A stretch of 64,000 nt of DNA, taken from Mobula hypostoma (lineage: Eukaryota). The notes under the pieces were generated by a model. The model was not told the DNA's origin. It saw nothing but the letters and a program-made list of their open reading frames with translations, and did no database searches. Positions within the stretch are counted from its first letter, which is position 1; the number at the start of each line of letters is the position of its first letter. The stretch spans positions 106,704,001 through 106,768,000 of the forward strand of contig NC_086097.1 of NCBI RefSeq assembly GCF_963921235.1. The letters run 5' to 3'. This document shows, piece by piece, positions 25,353-39,900 of this stretch. A program made the position numbers and the translations under genes.

Positions 25353-26919
25353 CAATGTAAACTTGAATCTTGTAGTTTCCTACCAATTCCTGAAAGGTTA
25401 AACAAAAAAACAAATGCTAGGTAAAGAATACTGGAAAACTATTTGGCAAGAATCTTGGGCTGTCTTGTTCTGTACTTTGTCAGAAAAGGTAGAACAATTT
25501 AAATTTCATAAGTGTACAGCAGATTGATAAACTTTGTTATGGATGTCTTGTCTAAGTCAACTGTTCTCATTGAACCTAAGACAAGAACACAGTAATAACT
25601 GCAGCCCCCAAAGGAAGCACAGGATTGGTAGCTAATCAAGAAATGATGTTGCATCTACACCAAAGAAAAAGAACAGAAGACAGGAACATTGTTATAGCTG
25701 TAACCTAGGAGGAGTCAGCCGCTACAAAAGATGTAACAAGAAGTACAGCGAATTTTTGTACGATTTGCCCTGTTGCTGCATCAATATAGATCTCTGTTGA
25801 AGCTAGGATGCTGGCAACAGATTGCAGGGTGCATAAGTAAAATAACACAGCACTGACGTACAGAGATAATACAAGTTAGGGAGCGAAAAGGAATGTATTG
25901 GTAACAAGAGGCACTTACGGGAAGGGTACAATTCTCTAGAACCAAGAGTGTATGTCCATAAGGTAGAATGCTTATTTATGAGTGTGGTACTTAGCATCCA
26001 AACAACGTGGTCTAACTAACAATGCTAAATAAGGTCTCATTGCTGGGGAGAAGGCAACTGATAGTGGTTCATTTATCTTGTCAGTGCATACAAGATTTTG
26101 TAGAGGCAGTGTTAATGGTGCCTTTCCAAATATCATGAGGTAACTTCTCTAAGTATAGGGCAGCATAGTAGTGTAACAGTTAGCACAATTGCTTTATCAT
26201 GCCAACGATCACTGATCAAGGTTCGATTCCAGTCTAAGGAGTTTTCCAAACTGAGTTTTTATATTCTCCCTGTGAATGCATGGATTCCCCCGATACTCAG
26301 GTTTCCTTCCAACATTTCAAAGATATACAGTACAGTTAGAGTTAATACATTGTAGGCATGTGATATTGGCACCAAAAGCATGGCGCCACTTGCGGCTGTT
26401 CCCAGCACATCGCAAACGATGATGCAAGCAATACATTGTATGTTTCGATGTTTCAAAGTACACATGACAAATAAAGGTAATCTTTAAAAAAGTAGTCTGA
26501 GCTTAATAAGTATGCCAGACAATAGAGGCGCTTGCGAACGAGTAGACTTTGAGGTTTGTGTCATTTGTGCAGTTTTAATCTGTAAGCACTCTTTTTCTCA
26601 GATGGCCAGAGGCTGTGCTGATGCAGTGAAGTTGCAGATGAATTTCATAACTGATGTTTGCTCTCAATAAACACTGTCTCCTTAGATAAAGAAAGTGGTC
26701 CACGTTTTCTCAGGTCTTGTCATGGATCTTTATTACCAGTACTGTACAACTGGGATAGATTGTTGAGAGATCTTCACTTCCAGACATTATTTAAAACCCA
26801 TTCTTTCCTTTGCTTCAGTGAATAAGTCGAGGTTCAGCTCGGCCTCTGAACATGCATATTTTCAAGCATACCCGCATACTGACTCACGAGGCTGATAAAC
26901 TGAGAGCATTAAACAGATT

Positions 26920-27568
26920 ACAAATACCTGGGGATACGAATTGACAATAAACTGGACTGGTCAAAGAACACTGAGGCTGTCTACAAGAAGGGTCAGAGCT
27001 GTCTCTATTTCCTGAGACTGAGGTCCTTCAACATCTGCCAGACGATGCTGAGGATGTGTTACGAGTCTGTGGTGGCCTTGCTTTCATGTTTGCTGTTGTG
27101 TGCTGGGGCAGCAGGCTGAGGGTAGCAGACACCGACAGAACCAACAAACTCATTCTTAAGGCCAGTGATGTTGTGGGGATGGAACTGGACTCTCTCACGG
27201 TGGTGTCTGAAAAGAGGATGCTACCTAAGTTGCACGTCATCTTCGACAATGTCTCCCATCCACTACATAATGGACTGGTTGGGCACAAGAGTACATTCAG
27301 TCAGAAACTCATTCAACCGAGATGCAACACAGAGCGTCATAGGAAGTCATTTCTGCCTGTGGCCATCAAACTTTATAACTCCTCCCTTGGAGGATCAGAC
27401 ACCCTGAACCAATAGGCTGGTCCTGGACTTTTTTCATAATTTACTGGCATAATTTACATATTATTATTTAACTATTTATGGTTTTATTACTATTTATTAT
27501 TTATGGTGCAACTGTAACAAAAACCAATTTCCCCCGGGATCAATAAAGTATGACTATGACTATGACTA
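26920..27568 (+). mobile_element. Rex1/Babar LINE 3' fragment
   Basis: YKYLG.RIDNKLDW, HRKSFLPVAIKLYN; AATAAA then (TATGAC)n tail. Confidence 0.9.
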
Positions 27569-28520
27569 AGAAATACTTTCAGTGGCCATTTTATTAGGTG
27601 CACCTGTTCATCTGCTCATTAATGCAAATATCTAATCATCTAATTATCTTGCAGCAACTCAGTGCATAAAAGCATGCAGTCATGGTCAAGAGGTTCAGTT
27701 TGATGTAAAAGGTTCTTTGTGTGAATTTAAGAAAGCTATTAATAGTGCAGATTAGACAGCTCCAGGAAAAGATGATATATGTTATAGTATGGCTGACAAC
27801 TGTCCTGAGATAATATTAACATTTTTGAACCATATTTGGAGGTTAGGCCATCTTCCTCCTCATGGAAATTAACAGAGGTAGTGCCCATTCTAAAACCTGG
27901 GAAACACCTGTTGCATCTTTCAAATTATAGACCAATATCAATAATGTCCCATTTGTGTAAACTTATGGAATGCATGGTGATAGAGCATTTGAATTATATT
28001 TTGGAAAAGAGATGTGATATAGCGTTTTATCAGAGCAGATTCTGGAATGGTAGAATGACATTGGATTCAGTTTTATGTTTGGAAGATGATATTAGGAAAG
28101 CACAGGTAAATAGCAATATTTTTGATATTGAAAAAGCATATGATGTGTTATTAAAGGAAGGTACTTTGATTAAAGTATGGAAATTAGGAGTAAGAGGAAG
28201 GCTATATAATTTTTTTCCGAGTTTTTTATTTGGACAGTCTATGCAGATAAGTTTGGGTAAGGTATATTCGGGCTTCTAAGAGATAGAGAATGGGACCCCA
28301 CAAAGCAGTATTTGTAGCCCTTTACTGTTCAGTATTCTGATTAATTATATTTTCTCTCAGATAGGTACTGGGGTGGGTAAATGACTTCTTGCAGATGATG
28401 GAGTTTTGTGGATTAGAAGTAGAAATTTAAACTTAACTGTTTATAGGATGCCATTAGCAATTAATAAGGTCAAAGAATAGGCAAATAGATGGGGATTTAG
28501 GCTTTTGGTAGCAAAAATAC

Positions 28521-29903
28521 CATATAACCATATAACAATTACAGCACAGAAACAGGCTATCTCGGCCCTTCTAGTCCTCTTACTCTCACCTAGTCTCACC
28601 GACCTGCACTCAGCCAATAACTCTCAATTCCTTTCCTGCCCATATAGCTATCTAATTTAACTTTAAATGACAACATCGAACCTGCCTCAACCACTTCTGC
28701 TGGAAGCTCGTTCCACACAGCTACCACTCTCTGAGTAAAGAAGCTCCTCCTCATGTTACCCCTAAACTTTTCCCCTTTAACTCTCGACTCATGTCCTCTT
28801 GTTTGAATCTTCCCCACTCTTAATGGAAAAAGCCTATCCACATCAACTCTATCTATCCCCCTCGTAATGTTAAATACCTAAATCAAGTCCCCCCTCAACC
28901 TTCTACGCTCCAAAGAATAAAGACCCAACTTGTTCAACCTTTCTCTGTAACTTACAAGATGAAACCCAGGTAACATTCTTGTAAATCTTCTCTGTACTCT
29001 CTCAATTTTGTTGACATCTTTCCTATAATTCGGTGACCAAAACTGTACACAATACTCCAAATTTGGCCTCACCAATGCCTTGTACAAATTTAACATTACA
29101 TCCCAACTCCTGTACGCAATGCTCTGATTTATAAAGGCCAGCATACCAAAAGTTTTCTTCACCACTCTATCCACATGAGATTCAACCTTCAGGGAACTAT
29201 GCACCATTATTCCTAGATCCCTCTGTTCTACTGCATTCTTCAATGCCCTACTATTTACCATGTATGTCCTATTTTGATTAGTCCTACCAAAATGTAGCAC
29301 CTCACATTTATCAGCATTAAACTCCATCTGCCATCTTTCAGCCCACTCTTCCAACTGGCCTAAATCTCTCTGCAAGCTTTGAAACCCAACTTCATTATCC
29401 ACAACTCCACCTATCTTAGTATCATCTGCATACTTACTAATCCAATTTACCACCCCATCATCAAGATCATTAATATATATGACAAACAACATTGGACCCA
29501 GTACAGATCCCAGAGGCACACTACTAGTCACGAACCTCCAATCTGACTCACAGTTATCCACCACTACTCGCTGGTGTCTCCCATCTAGCCACTGCTGAAC
29601 CCACTTTACTACTTCAATATTAATACCTAACGAATGAACCTTCCTAACTAACCTTCCGTTTGGAACCTTGTCAAAGGCCTGACTGAAGTCCATATAGACA
29701 TCCACCACTTTACCCTCGTCAACTTTCCTAGTAACCTCATCAAAAAATTCAATAAGATATGTCAAACATGACTTTCCACGCACAAATCCATGTTGACTGT
29801 TCCTAATCAGACCCTGTCTATCCAGATAATTATATATACCATCTCTAAGAATACTTTCCATCAATTTACCCACCACTGACGTCAAACTCACAGGCTGATA
29901 ATT
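28521..29903 (-). mobile_element. CR1 LINE, 5'-truncated
   Basis: 337-aa RT ORF 28878-29891 (YADDTK); AATAC at both junctions. Confidence 0.96.
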
Positions 29904-30265
29904 AATACAAATTGTGTTTTACAAAGAGGATCAGTAGACCTCCACTTGATATGAAATTATCTGGTCAAACTCTTGAAGAAGTGTCAGTTGTAAGATTTCT
30001 CAGCACGTGGAAAGATAATAAGCTGACATGGAAACACCACAACAGTAAAATAACTGATAAATTTAAAAGAGCATTAAATATCCTCAGGTGTCTATGTGGG
30101 TATTCTTGGGGTGCTGCACGAAAATCTTTGTTGACCATTTATATTTGTTTAGTTAGATCAGTGCTTGATTATGGCTGTGTGGCTTATGGATCAGCTTCAT
30201 CTTCAACTTAAAATGTTTGGATGTGATACAAACATAGCCTTTAAGAATGTGTTGTGGTGCAATAA

Positions 30266-31655
30266 GGTCCATAAGACCACAAGATATAGGAGCAGAAGTA
30301 GGCCATTTGGCCCATCGAGTCAACTCTGCCCTTCAATCATGGGCTGATCCAATTCTTCCAGTCATCTCCACTCCCCTGCTTTCACCCTATACCCTTTGAT
30401 GTCCTGGCCAATCAAGAACCTATGTATTTCTGCCTTAAATACACCCAACGATATGGCCTCCACAGCCATTCCTGGCAACAAATTCTACAGATTTGCCACT
30501 CTCTGACTAAGGTAATTTCTCCGCATCTCAGCTCTAAATGGACGTCCTTCAACACTCTTGTCCTAGAATCCCCTACCATGGGAAATAAGTTTGCCATATC
30601 TAATCTGTTCAAGCCTTTTAACATTTGGAATGTTTCTATGAGATCCCCCCCTCATTTTCCTGAACTCCAGGGAATACAGCCCAAGAGCTGCCAGATGTTC
30701 CTCGTACGGTAACCCTTTCATTACTAGAATCATTTTCATGAATCTTCTCTGAACCCTCTCCAATGTCAGTATATCCTTTCTAAAATAAGGAGCCCAAAAC
30801 TGCACACAATACTCCAAGTGTGGTCTCACAAGTGTCTTAAAGAGCCTCAACATCACATCCCTGCTCTTATATTCTATACCTCCAGAAATGAATGCCAACA
30901 TTGCATTCGCCTTCTTCACAACTGACTCAAGCTGGAGGTTGACGTTTAGGGTATCTTGCACAAGGATTCCCAAGTCCCTTTGTATCTCTGTATTTTGAAT
31001 TCTCTCCCCATCTAAATAATAATTTGCCCGTTTATTTCTTCCACCAAAGTGCATGACCATACACTTTCCAAAATTGTATTTCATTTGCCGCTTCTTTGCC
31101 CATTCCCCTAAACTATCTAAATCTCTCTGCAGGCTTTTCGTTTCCTCAGTACTACCCACTCCTCCACCTAGCTTTGTATCATCAGCAAATTTAGCCACAA
31201 ATCCATTAATACCATAGTCCAAATCACTGACATACATCGTAAAAAGCAGCGGTCCCAGCACTGACCCCTGTGGAACTCCGCTGGTAACCGGCAGCCAGCC
31301 AGAGTAGGATCCCTTTATTCCCACTCTGTTTTCTGCCGATCAGCCAATGCTCCACCCATGCTAGTAACTCCCCTGTAATTCCATGAGCTCTTATCTTGCT
31401 AAGCAGCCTCTTGTGCGGCACCCTGTCAAAGGCCTTCTGAAAATCCAAGTTAATGATGACTACTGCATCTCCTCTGTCTACCCTGCTTGTAATTTCCTCA
31501 AAGAATTGCAGTAGGTTAGTCAGGCAGGATTTTCCTTTCAGGAAACCATGGTGGCTTTGGCCTATTTTGTCATGTGCCTCCAGGTACTCTGAAATCTCAT
31601 CCCTAACAATTGATTCCAACAACTTCCCAACCACTGATGTCAGGCTAACAGGTCT
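30266..31655 (-). mobile_element. CR1 LINE, 5'-truncated
   Basis: QHGF-like, DFQKAFD, GVPQGSVLGP, FADDTK. Confidence 0.96.
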
Positions 31656-33884
31656 GTTCTTGTTTCAGCTTTACTAGTTGAAAGGGGACAATTACCCTTA
31701 GAGTTGTGGAGGTTAAAGTTGATGTTAACATACTGGATTATTTTGAGGGGGCAAGGAAATGATCACCCTGTTAAAAGTGTGTTGGAAGACTATTGGGAAC
31801 ATCACAAGAAGAATGTTTTTAGTTTTGGGTGGCTGGGTTCTTATCACACTCGGAATATGGGTTTGCTAGATTATGCAGTATGTCCGACCGTAGCTTTCTC
31901 GGTAACCCCACCGTGTTTTTTTCCAGTGGCTTTAGTTGATTGTAGGTTACATGATTTAATGAAGTCTAAGGATTCTGATATGCCTGACAGTCTGTTGGTT
32001 CGTCAACATGTTAAGGAAAATTATTATGAAGGGAGTAAAACAAAATGGGAAGGAATTATATTGACTTGACTTAGAATTGGGCATACTATGCTTAATTATT
32101 CCTTACATCTTGTAGGAAAGCATCACTTTGGAGTGTGCAGGTTTTGTCATCATTGTGAAACAGTTGAACACATTCTATTAGAGTGTTTTGCATGTAAGGT
32201 TAAAAGAAATCAAATGCACACTTCACTACTACCTTTGGGGCTGATAGCTTTCAGTTAAAAACTTTATTAAGTTATGTAAGTTATTCAGTTCACAATATTG
32301 TTTTTCATTATTTACAATCTATAGGACTTTTGGGGGTAATTTAGTTTTCATTTGATAAAGAATTAGTAGGGGTTTTATTTCCCAACTCCCTACACCACAC
32401 TCCACACCAAGCAGGTTAACTGGTCTTTGGAAATGCCCTGTGTTTAGGTTAGGGTAAAACTGAGAGTGGTCAGGGGTGCGGGGCAGTGTGGCTTGAAGGT
32501 CCGGATTGCTTACATAGTTGCTGGAGATCATCTGTGATAGAGGAAGTGGTACTGAGTGGAACTGAGTGGAAGATCAACTACAACTGAGCAAGGAGATCAA
32601 TAGCAAAAAGCAGGAAATCTGTTATTAGATAGAAGGAAATCAAGATCATGAACCAAAGAGGCAATTTAGCTGAGCTTTTGTTCACATGTAGATTATTTCC
32701 CACTCCTTTCTGGATCATTGCCCAATTTTTTACACCAAGTCTCCTTTAATTTTAAAGCTGATGTTTTGGTCTTATGTACTGCAGCTGATTTCTTACTTAT
32801 TTATTGTTTCTCCTGCTCTTTAGCTAAGGTGCACTTTTGTAGCCAATCCTTTATTTTCGAGCTGATTTTGCATTTTTTCACAGCTTCTGCTCTTTTAAAA
32901 CTGAACCCACAGAGTCATACAGCACAGGAAAAGGCTCATTGGCCCAACTTGTCCATGCTGACCAAGGTGCACATCTAAGCTAGTTAGATGGGAAGATCTC
33001 GGTCTTAGAAGCTCTTCTTTTCTTTTGCAGTGAATCGCATGCTCCTTTACAGCTTAGCACCTGCTTTTTTTGTCAGAGACTCCCTTCAACTTTGTGGTGA
33101 TCTTGTTTTGCTGACAGTCTCCTACTTCTTTGTAACTGACTTAATTTTCTTTTGTAACTGATCTCTCACTCTTTCCAAGCTTGTCTCTTGCTCTTCCATT
33201 GTGGATTCCTTGATCTTAGACCATAAGACAAAGGAGCAGAAGTCGGCCATTCGGCCCATCGAGTCTGCTCCGCAATTTTATCAGGAGCTGATCCATTCTC
33301 CCATTTAGTCCCACTCTCCCGCCTTCTCACCATAACCTTTAATGCCCTGGCTACTCAGATACCTATCAATTTCTGCCTTAAATACACTCAATGACTTGGC
33401 CTCCACTGCTGCCCTTGGCAATAAATTCCATAGATTCACCACCCTCTGACTAAAAAAATTTCTTCGCATTTCTGTTCTGAATGAGCGCCCTTCAATCTTT
33501 AAGTCATGCCCTCTCATACTAGACTCCCCTATCATGGGAAACAACTTTACCACATCCACTCTGTCCATGCCTTTCAACATTCGAAATGTTGAAACAATCC
33601 TTTGTAGCTGGTCTTCAACTGGTTTGTACATCTTGGCTAATTTTTCCCCATTCTCCAGCACTTTTTCAGAGAGGATCTTTCTCTCTTACATTGATTAGTC
33701 TCATGTTTATTTTCTTAGCTGATATTCAGTCTGTTTGTAAATGATTTTATTATAGATTAAAAACAAATACTAAATACCTAATATAAAAACAGAGAAGAAG
33801 CTGGGAACACTCATCAGGCCAGGCAACATCTGTGGAAACTGAAATAGTTAAAACATTTCAAGTCCAGTGAACCTTCATCAGAAC

Positions 33885-36265
33885 CTGTTATAGAGTTATA
33901 GAGAGGTACAGCACAGAACAGGCCCTTCAGCCCATCTAGTCTGTGCCATCCATTTAAACTACCAGCTCCCAATAATCTGCACCAGGACCATAGCCTGCCA
34001 TATCCTTACTATCCATGTACTTATCCAAGCTTATCTTAAATGCTGAAATCGGGCTCACATGGACCACTTGTGCTGGCAGCTTGTTCCACACTCTCATGAC
34101 CCTCTGAGTGAAGCAGTTCACATTTAACCCATGACCTCTTAGTTGTAGTTCCACCCAACTTCAGTGAAAAAAGTTTGCTTGCATTTACTTTATCTATAAC
34201 CTTCATAATTTTGTATACCTCTATCAAACCTCCTCTTCTAAGGCTGTCTATGTTCTACAGAAGACAATCCTAACCTATTCAATCTTTCCTTATAACGCAG
34301 GTCCTCCAGACCCGGCAACATCTTTGTAAGTTTTCTCTGTACTGTTTCAACCTTGTTTACATCTTTCCTGTCGGTAGGTACCTGTGACACCACTTTCGAC
34401 AAATTATGTACCTGTATTCCCAGATCCCTTTGTTCTACCACACTCCTCAGTGCCCAACTGTTCATTGTGTAAGACCTACTGTGGTTGGTCCTACCAAAGT
34501 GCAAAACCTTGTACTTGTCTGCACTAAATCCATCTGGCATATTTCAGCCCATTTTTCCAGCTGATGCAGATCCCTTTGCAAGACATGATAGCCTTCCTCA
34601 CTGTCCACTACACCCCCAACCTTGATATCATCTGCAAATTTGATGATCAAGTTAACCACATTATCAACCAGATCTGGTTGTGGATTACAAGAGGAATAGA
34701 GACGGGCTAACCCCTATTGACATCAATGTATCTGGGGTTGAGAGGGTAAACAGCTTCAAGTTCCTCGGCATTCACATCACCGAGGACCTCACGTGGTTTG
34801 TACATACCAGCCGTGTGGTGAGAAAAGCATAATAGCGTCTCTTTCACCTCAGATGGTTGAGGAAGTTTGGTATGGGCCCCCAAATCCTAAGAACATTCTA
34901 CAGGGGCACAACTGAGAGCATCCTGACTGGCTGCATAACTGCCTGGTATGGGAACTGTTCCTCCCTTAATCGCAAGACTCTGCAGAGAGTGGTGCAGACA
35001 GCCCAGCGCATCTGTAGTTGTGAGCTTCCCATGATTCAGGACATTTACAAGGACAGGTGTGCAAAAAGGGCCCGTAGGATCACTGGGGACCCAAGCCATC
35101 CCAATCACAATCTATTCCAGCTTCTACCCTCTGGGAAGCGGTACCGCAGCATAAAAGCCAGGACCAACAGGCTGTGGGACAGCTTCTTCCACCAGGCATC
35201 AGACTGATGAAGTCACGCTGACTTGAGTATACTCTATATTACATTGACTGCTCTATTTATTATAAATTACTATAAATTACTATGACTGCACATTGCACAT
35301 TTAGATGGAGAGGTAACGTAAAGATTTTTACTCCTCATGTCATTTTATTCTTTGATATCGATGACGAACAACAAGGAACCCAACTCCGATCCCTGAGGCA
35401 CACCACAAGTCACAGGCCTCCAGTCAGAAAGGCAACCCTCTACTACCACTCTCTGGCTTCTCCACAAAGCCAATGTCTCATCCAATTTACTACCTTATCA
35501 TAAATGCTGAGAGACTGAACTTTCTTCACCAGTCTCCCATGCAGGACCTTCTCAAATGCCTTCCTAAAGTCCATGTAGGCAACATCCACTGCCTTGCCTT
35601 CATCCACTTTCCTGGTAACTTCCTCAAAAATTGGTTAAACATGACCTACCATGCACAAAGCCATGCTGACTATCCTCAATTAGTTTATGTCTATCCAAAT
35701 ACTTATATATCTGGTCCCTTAGAACACCTTCCAATAACTTTCCTACAACTGATGGCAGACTCACTGACCTATAATTTCCTGGTTTATGTTTAGAGCTGTT
35801 TTAAACAGTGGAACAACACTGGCTATCTTCCAGTCCTCTTGTACCTCTCCTGTTGCTAGGATGTATTAAATATCTCTGCTCAGGCCCCAGCAATTTCTGC
35901 ACTTGCCTCCCGTAGGGTCCGAAGCAACTCCTTGTCAGGTCTTGTGGATTTATCCACCCTGATTAGCCTCAGGGTAGCAAACACCTCCTCAGTAATCTGC
36001 ACAGACTCCATGAAGTTGATGCTGCATTGCCTCACATCTATAAACTCTGCATCTATCTCCTAAGTAAATACAGATGCAAAGAATGTAGTTAAGATCTCCC
36101 TCATCTGTTTCGACCCCACACATAGATTATCATTCTGGTCTTCCAAAGAACCAATTTTGTTCTTAACAATCCTTTTGCTCCAAATATTCCTGTAGAATCC
36201 CTTAGGATTTTTCTTCATCTTGTCAACTAGAACAACTTCATGCCTTCTTTTGCCTTCCTGATTTG
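33885..36265 (-). mobile_element. CR1 LINE remnant interrupted by Rex1 fragment
   Basis: KFADDIK, KNPKGFY motifs; CR1 sequence resumes after 35340. Confidence 0.88.
34673..35340 (+). mobile_element. Rex1/Babar LINE 3' fragment
   Basis: FKFLG, FYRGTTESILTGCITAWYGNC, LLPSGKRYRS. Confidence 0.92.
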
Positions 36266-37969
36266 TTGAACTGTTTCTCTCCATTTGCTGATATTGCAAG
36301 ATTTGCAAGGTTTTGTTTTTACCTCTGGCTCATACATAGTTAATCTCCACCTCTTCTCCAAATGATCTCTTAACTCTTTCATAACACATCCGCTTCATGC
36401 CTGACTTTTGCAGCTGATTTTCTCATTTTTAGTTGGTTCATGTGCTTTCATCATTGAAAAGTTTTTAAATGATTTGCTGCTCTTTTATAAATAATTTCTA
36501 CTTCTCGGTAGATTATCTCATGCTTTTGTAGGCAACCTCTCACAGACTTGCTGACCTTCCTTTGTAGATACTTTATACTTTATTGTCGCCAAACAATTGA
36601 TACTGGAACGTACAATCATCACAGCGATATTTGATTCTGTGCTTCCCGCTCCCTGGATTAAAAATTTAAATTATAAATCATAAATAGAAAATAGAAAAAT
36701 GGAAAGTAAGGTAGTGCAAAAAAAGATGATCTCTTCCTCATTTCGTAGCAGATCTCTTGTCTCTCATGGCAAACCTGCCACTGTTTTGTGGATGATATCG
36801 GTTCTGTTTAATCTTTTCCAGCTCTTTTAAGCTACTTTCCTGCTATTTTGCTGCTGATGCCCAGCTTTTATTTTACAACAGATTCCCTGTTCTTTGCAGA
36901 GATTTCCTGTTTTATTTTTGATGATCAGCTGCTCTTCATAGATAAGTTCCTGTACTTTCAGAGCCGATCTTCTCTTCTGTAGCTGGTTTTGGCTGCTAAT
37001 ATCGCATTCCTCTGTGTCTGAATTCTCTTTCGAAATTGACATCTTGCACCATTATAGCTGATCTCTAATTTTGTTATGCCCGTACTTATAATCTTTTCTT
37101 CTTTATCCTCGGCTCATTTGTAACTTCTCACCTGCTGTGTTGGAGGTTATCCCCCATTGTTTTGTAATTAATCTTTTTGTAATTAAGATGATTTTTCACT
37201 CTTGTAGCAACTGTCCCACTTATTTGTAAGTGATTTCCTACTCTGCTACAACTCATTACTGCCATCAGAGAAAAAAGGTAAAGGAGCCTAAAGACACACA
37301 TTCCACATTTTAGGAAAAACTTCTTCCTCTCTGCCATCAGATTTCTGAATGGTCCTTCAACTCATGATTGCTACCTCTGCACTACTTTTTTTTTATATAT
37401 TGTAGCTTATAGATTTTTTATATTGCACTGTCCCCTGCCGCAAACAAATTTCATGACATGTGTCAGTGATAATAAACCTGATTCTGATTTTGATTCCAGT
37501 AGTTTATGTTCTGTCTATTGCAACTTATCTTCTGCCTGTTTACTGCTGAATTTCCACTCTATTCTGCCTCAGCTTCAGCTCTAATGTTCCTTCTACTCAA
37601 TCTTCTGATCTTTTGCAGTTGTTATCCCTCTTAAATGAAGCTAGTTTCTTATCTTTTGTTCCTGCGCTCAGGTTCTAGCTGTTGTCTTGGTACTTTGTAG
37701 CTTACTTCTAGTCCTTTCACTGCTGATTTTCAGCTCTATTGTAGCTGATCTTTTGTATCTCGCTCTTGCTTTTTTGTATGTGATTTCCTATCTTTCTTTA
37801 GTGATCTTCTGCTCGATTCAACCTTTTCTTCTGTTTTTTATACTCTATTGGAGCTGATTTGCTGCTCCTTTATAGCCCATCGAACTCACTTTTGTAACTT
37901 CCTTTTCTTTTATAGCTCATTTCTTGATATTTTGCAACATATCATCTTTGATATGCCCAGAGAAATTGT

Positions 37970-38765
37970 AAGAATTAAGAGAGGAGAAAGTCATCTGGCT
38001 CTGCCCATTCACCAAGATCACCGCGGATCTTCTACACCAGCTCCATTTTCCTGTGGTATTCCCACTTTTCTTGAAAGAACTATTCCATTAGGATGGTCCT
38101 CACTTGATTAGACTGGAACCAGCATCTTAACACATCAAATAACTGAGGATGCATTCGGCTTCTTTATCTGAAGGTATGTAATATTCATAACTAGATAAAT
38201 TAATTAATAGCACATGTTTAAAATGTGATCAAGGTTTGGAATTAAATATTATCTAATACTTAGATGAGAGATAAATTTTAAAAAAAGAGGCAAAATGGTT
38301 TATATGAAAGAATGGGATAAAGGTAGCAGAGGCAAAAGATCGTAGTTCAGAAAATCGAGAAGCAAAATAAGTTTTTTTTAAGAGATGAAAAGCTGGAAGG
38401 GGCAAAAAATTAGTCAGAATTGTAGACTGATAGACTGATTCCCTTAACAGTAATTAATTGTGATGAGTGGGGTGCTGAGGTCTTAGTTCTTCACAGTTTA
38501 TATCCATGATCTGAATGAAGGGATTGTTTGTAATGACACAAAGCCAAGCGGCAGTGCTAATCAAGGAACAACTGTAGTGGAGCTCGTAATAGGCAAGGAC
38601 ATGGTAGTTGGAGTATTATGTGAAAAAATATGAGGTTATCCACTTGGGCAGAAATAGAGAAGGATTTGAACATTTTTTAAGTGGCAAGAGATAGAAGGTC
38701 AGGGGAAACAGAGCAACATTTATGAAGCATTTAGACCCTGCTGGATATTAAGAATATAAAGTACT
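37970..38765 (+). mobile_element. Old CR1 fragment, plus strand
   Basis: Degenerate DF.KV, SGV...LVL, NDTK, EVIHLG motifs. Confidence 0.55.
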
Positions 38766-39199
38766 GCAGGTCTATCCCAATAGTGAGTTGCTCGTTGGCA
38801 GAGAAACTGAAGGAACTGTACTTGGTGTGGACCATGATGCTCCCTGCAACAAGGAGGTGCATGAAACAGGTATGCTGTCTAACAACAAGTGGTCATCTTG
38901 GTTGCTTTTTTTATGATCACGAGACCCTCTTGGACATTGGTGGTGTGGAATACTGCAAGTACAATTCATTGGTTTATTGGTGAATGGCAGGTTTAGATGG
39001 CGAGGGAACTGCATTGCCTCGATCATAGCAAGGACTAAGCCTCAAGCTGCAGTGTTGCTTGTTTGCAGCTACGCAGGCGGGGAGGCATTAGAATTGATCA
39101 CATTACCTGAGTGCTGGAGGCAATGTGGTGTTGACCAACACCCCCCAACCCCCACCCCCACCCCCCACAGTGTTCATTTGGCAGAAGACAACCTGTATT

Positions 39200-39900
39200 A
39201 CATAGAAACATAGAAAATAGGTGCAGGAGTAGGCCATTCGGCCCTTCGAGCCTGCACCGCCATTCAGTATGATCATGGCTGATCATCCAACTCAGAACCC
39301 TGTACCAGTCTTCCCTCCATACCCCCAATCCCCTTAGCCACAAGGGCCATATCTAACTCCCTCTTAAATATAGCCAATGAACTGGCCTCAACTGTTTCCT
39401 GTGGCAGAGAATTCCACAGATTCACCACTCTCTGTGTGAAGAAGTTTTTCCTAATCTCGGTCCTAAAGGGCTTCCCCTTTATCCTCAAACTGTGCCCCCT
39501 CATTCTGGACTTCCCCAACATCAGGAACAATCTTCCTGCATCTAGCCTGTCCAATCCCTTCAGGATTTTATACGTTTCAATAAGATCCCCCCTCAATCTT
39601 CTAAATTCCAACGAATATAAGCCTAGTTGATCCAGTCTTTCATCATATGAAAGTCCTGCCATCCCAGGAATCAATCTGGTGAACCTTCTTTGTACTCCCT
39701 CTATGGCAAGGATGTCTTTCCTCAGATTAGGGGACCAAAACTGCACACAATACTCCAGGTGTGGTCTCACCAAGGCCTTTTACAACTGGAGTAGTACCTC
39801 CCTGCTCCTGTACTCAAATCCTCTTGCTATGAATGCCAGCATACCATTCGCCTTTTTCACCGCCTGCTGTACCTGCATGCCCACTTTCAATGACTGGTGT
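39200..39900 (-). mobile_element. CR1 LINE 3' fragment, young subfamily
   Basis: VRPHLEYCVQFWSP; near-identical to 45135-45830 and 55820-56520. Confidence 0.96.

Larger units (their letters stand above)
27702..32410 (+). mobile_element. I-group (Nimb-like) LINE, split by two CR1 insertions
   Basis: APGKD, NYRPIS, FDIEKAYD, GTPQ, ADD, SWGA..SLLTIY..LVRSVLDYG, RIGH and terminal CRFC...HILLEC; pieces 27702-28520, 29904-30265, 31656-32410. Confidence 0.85.

Noticed and set aside
26155..26235. tRNA gene (GGTTCGATTCC B box)
   Set aside because: Continues into the V-SINE core; a tRNA-derived SINE head without a full cloverleaf
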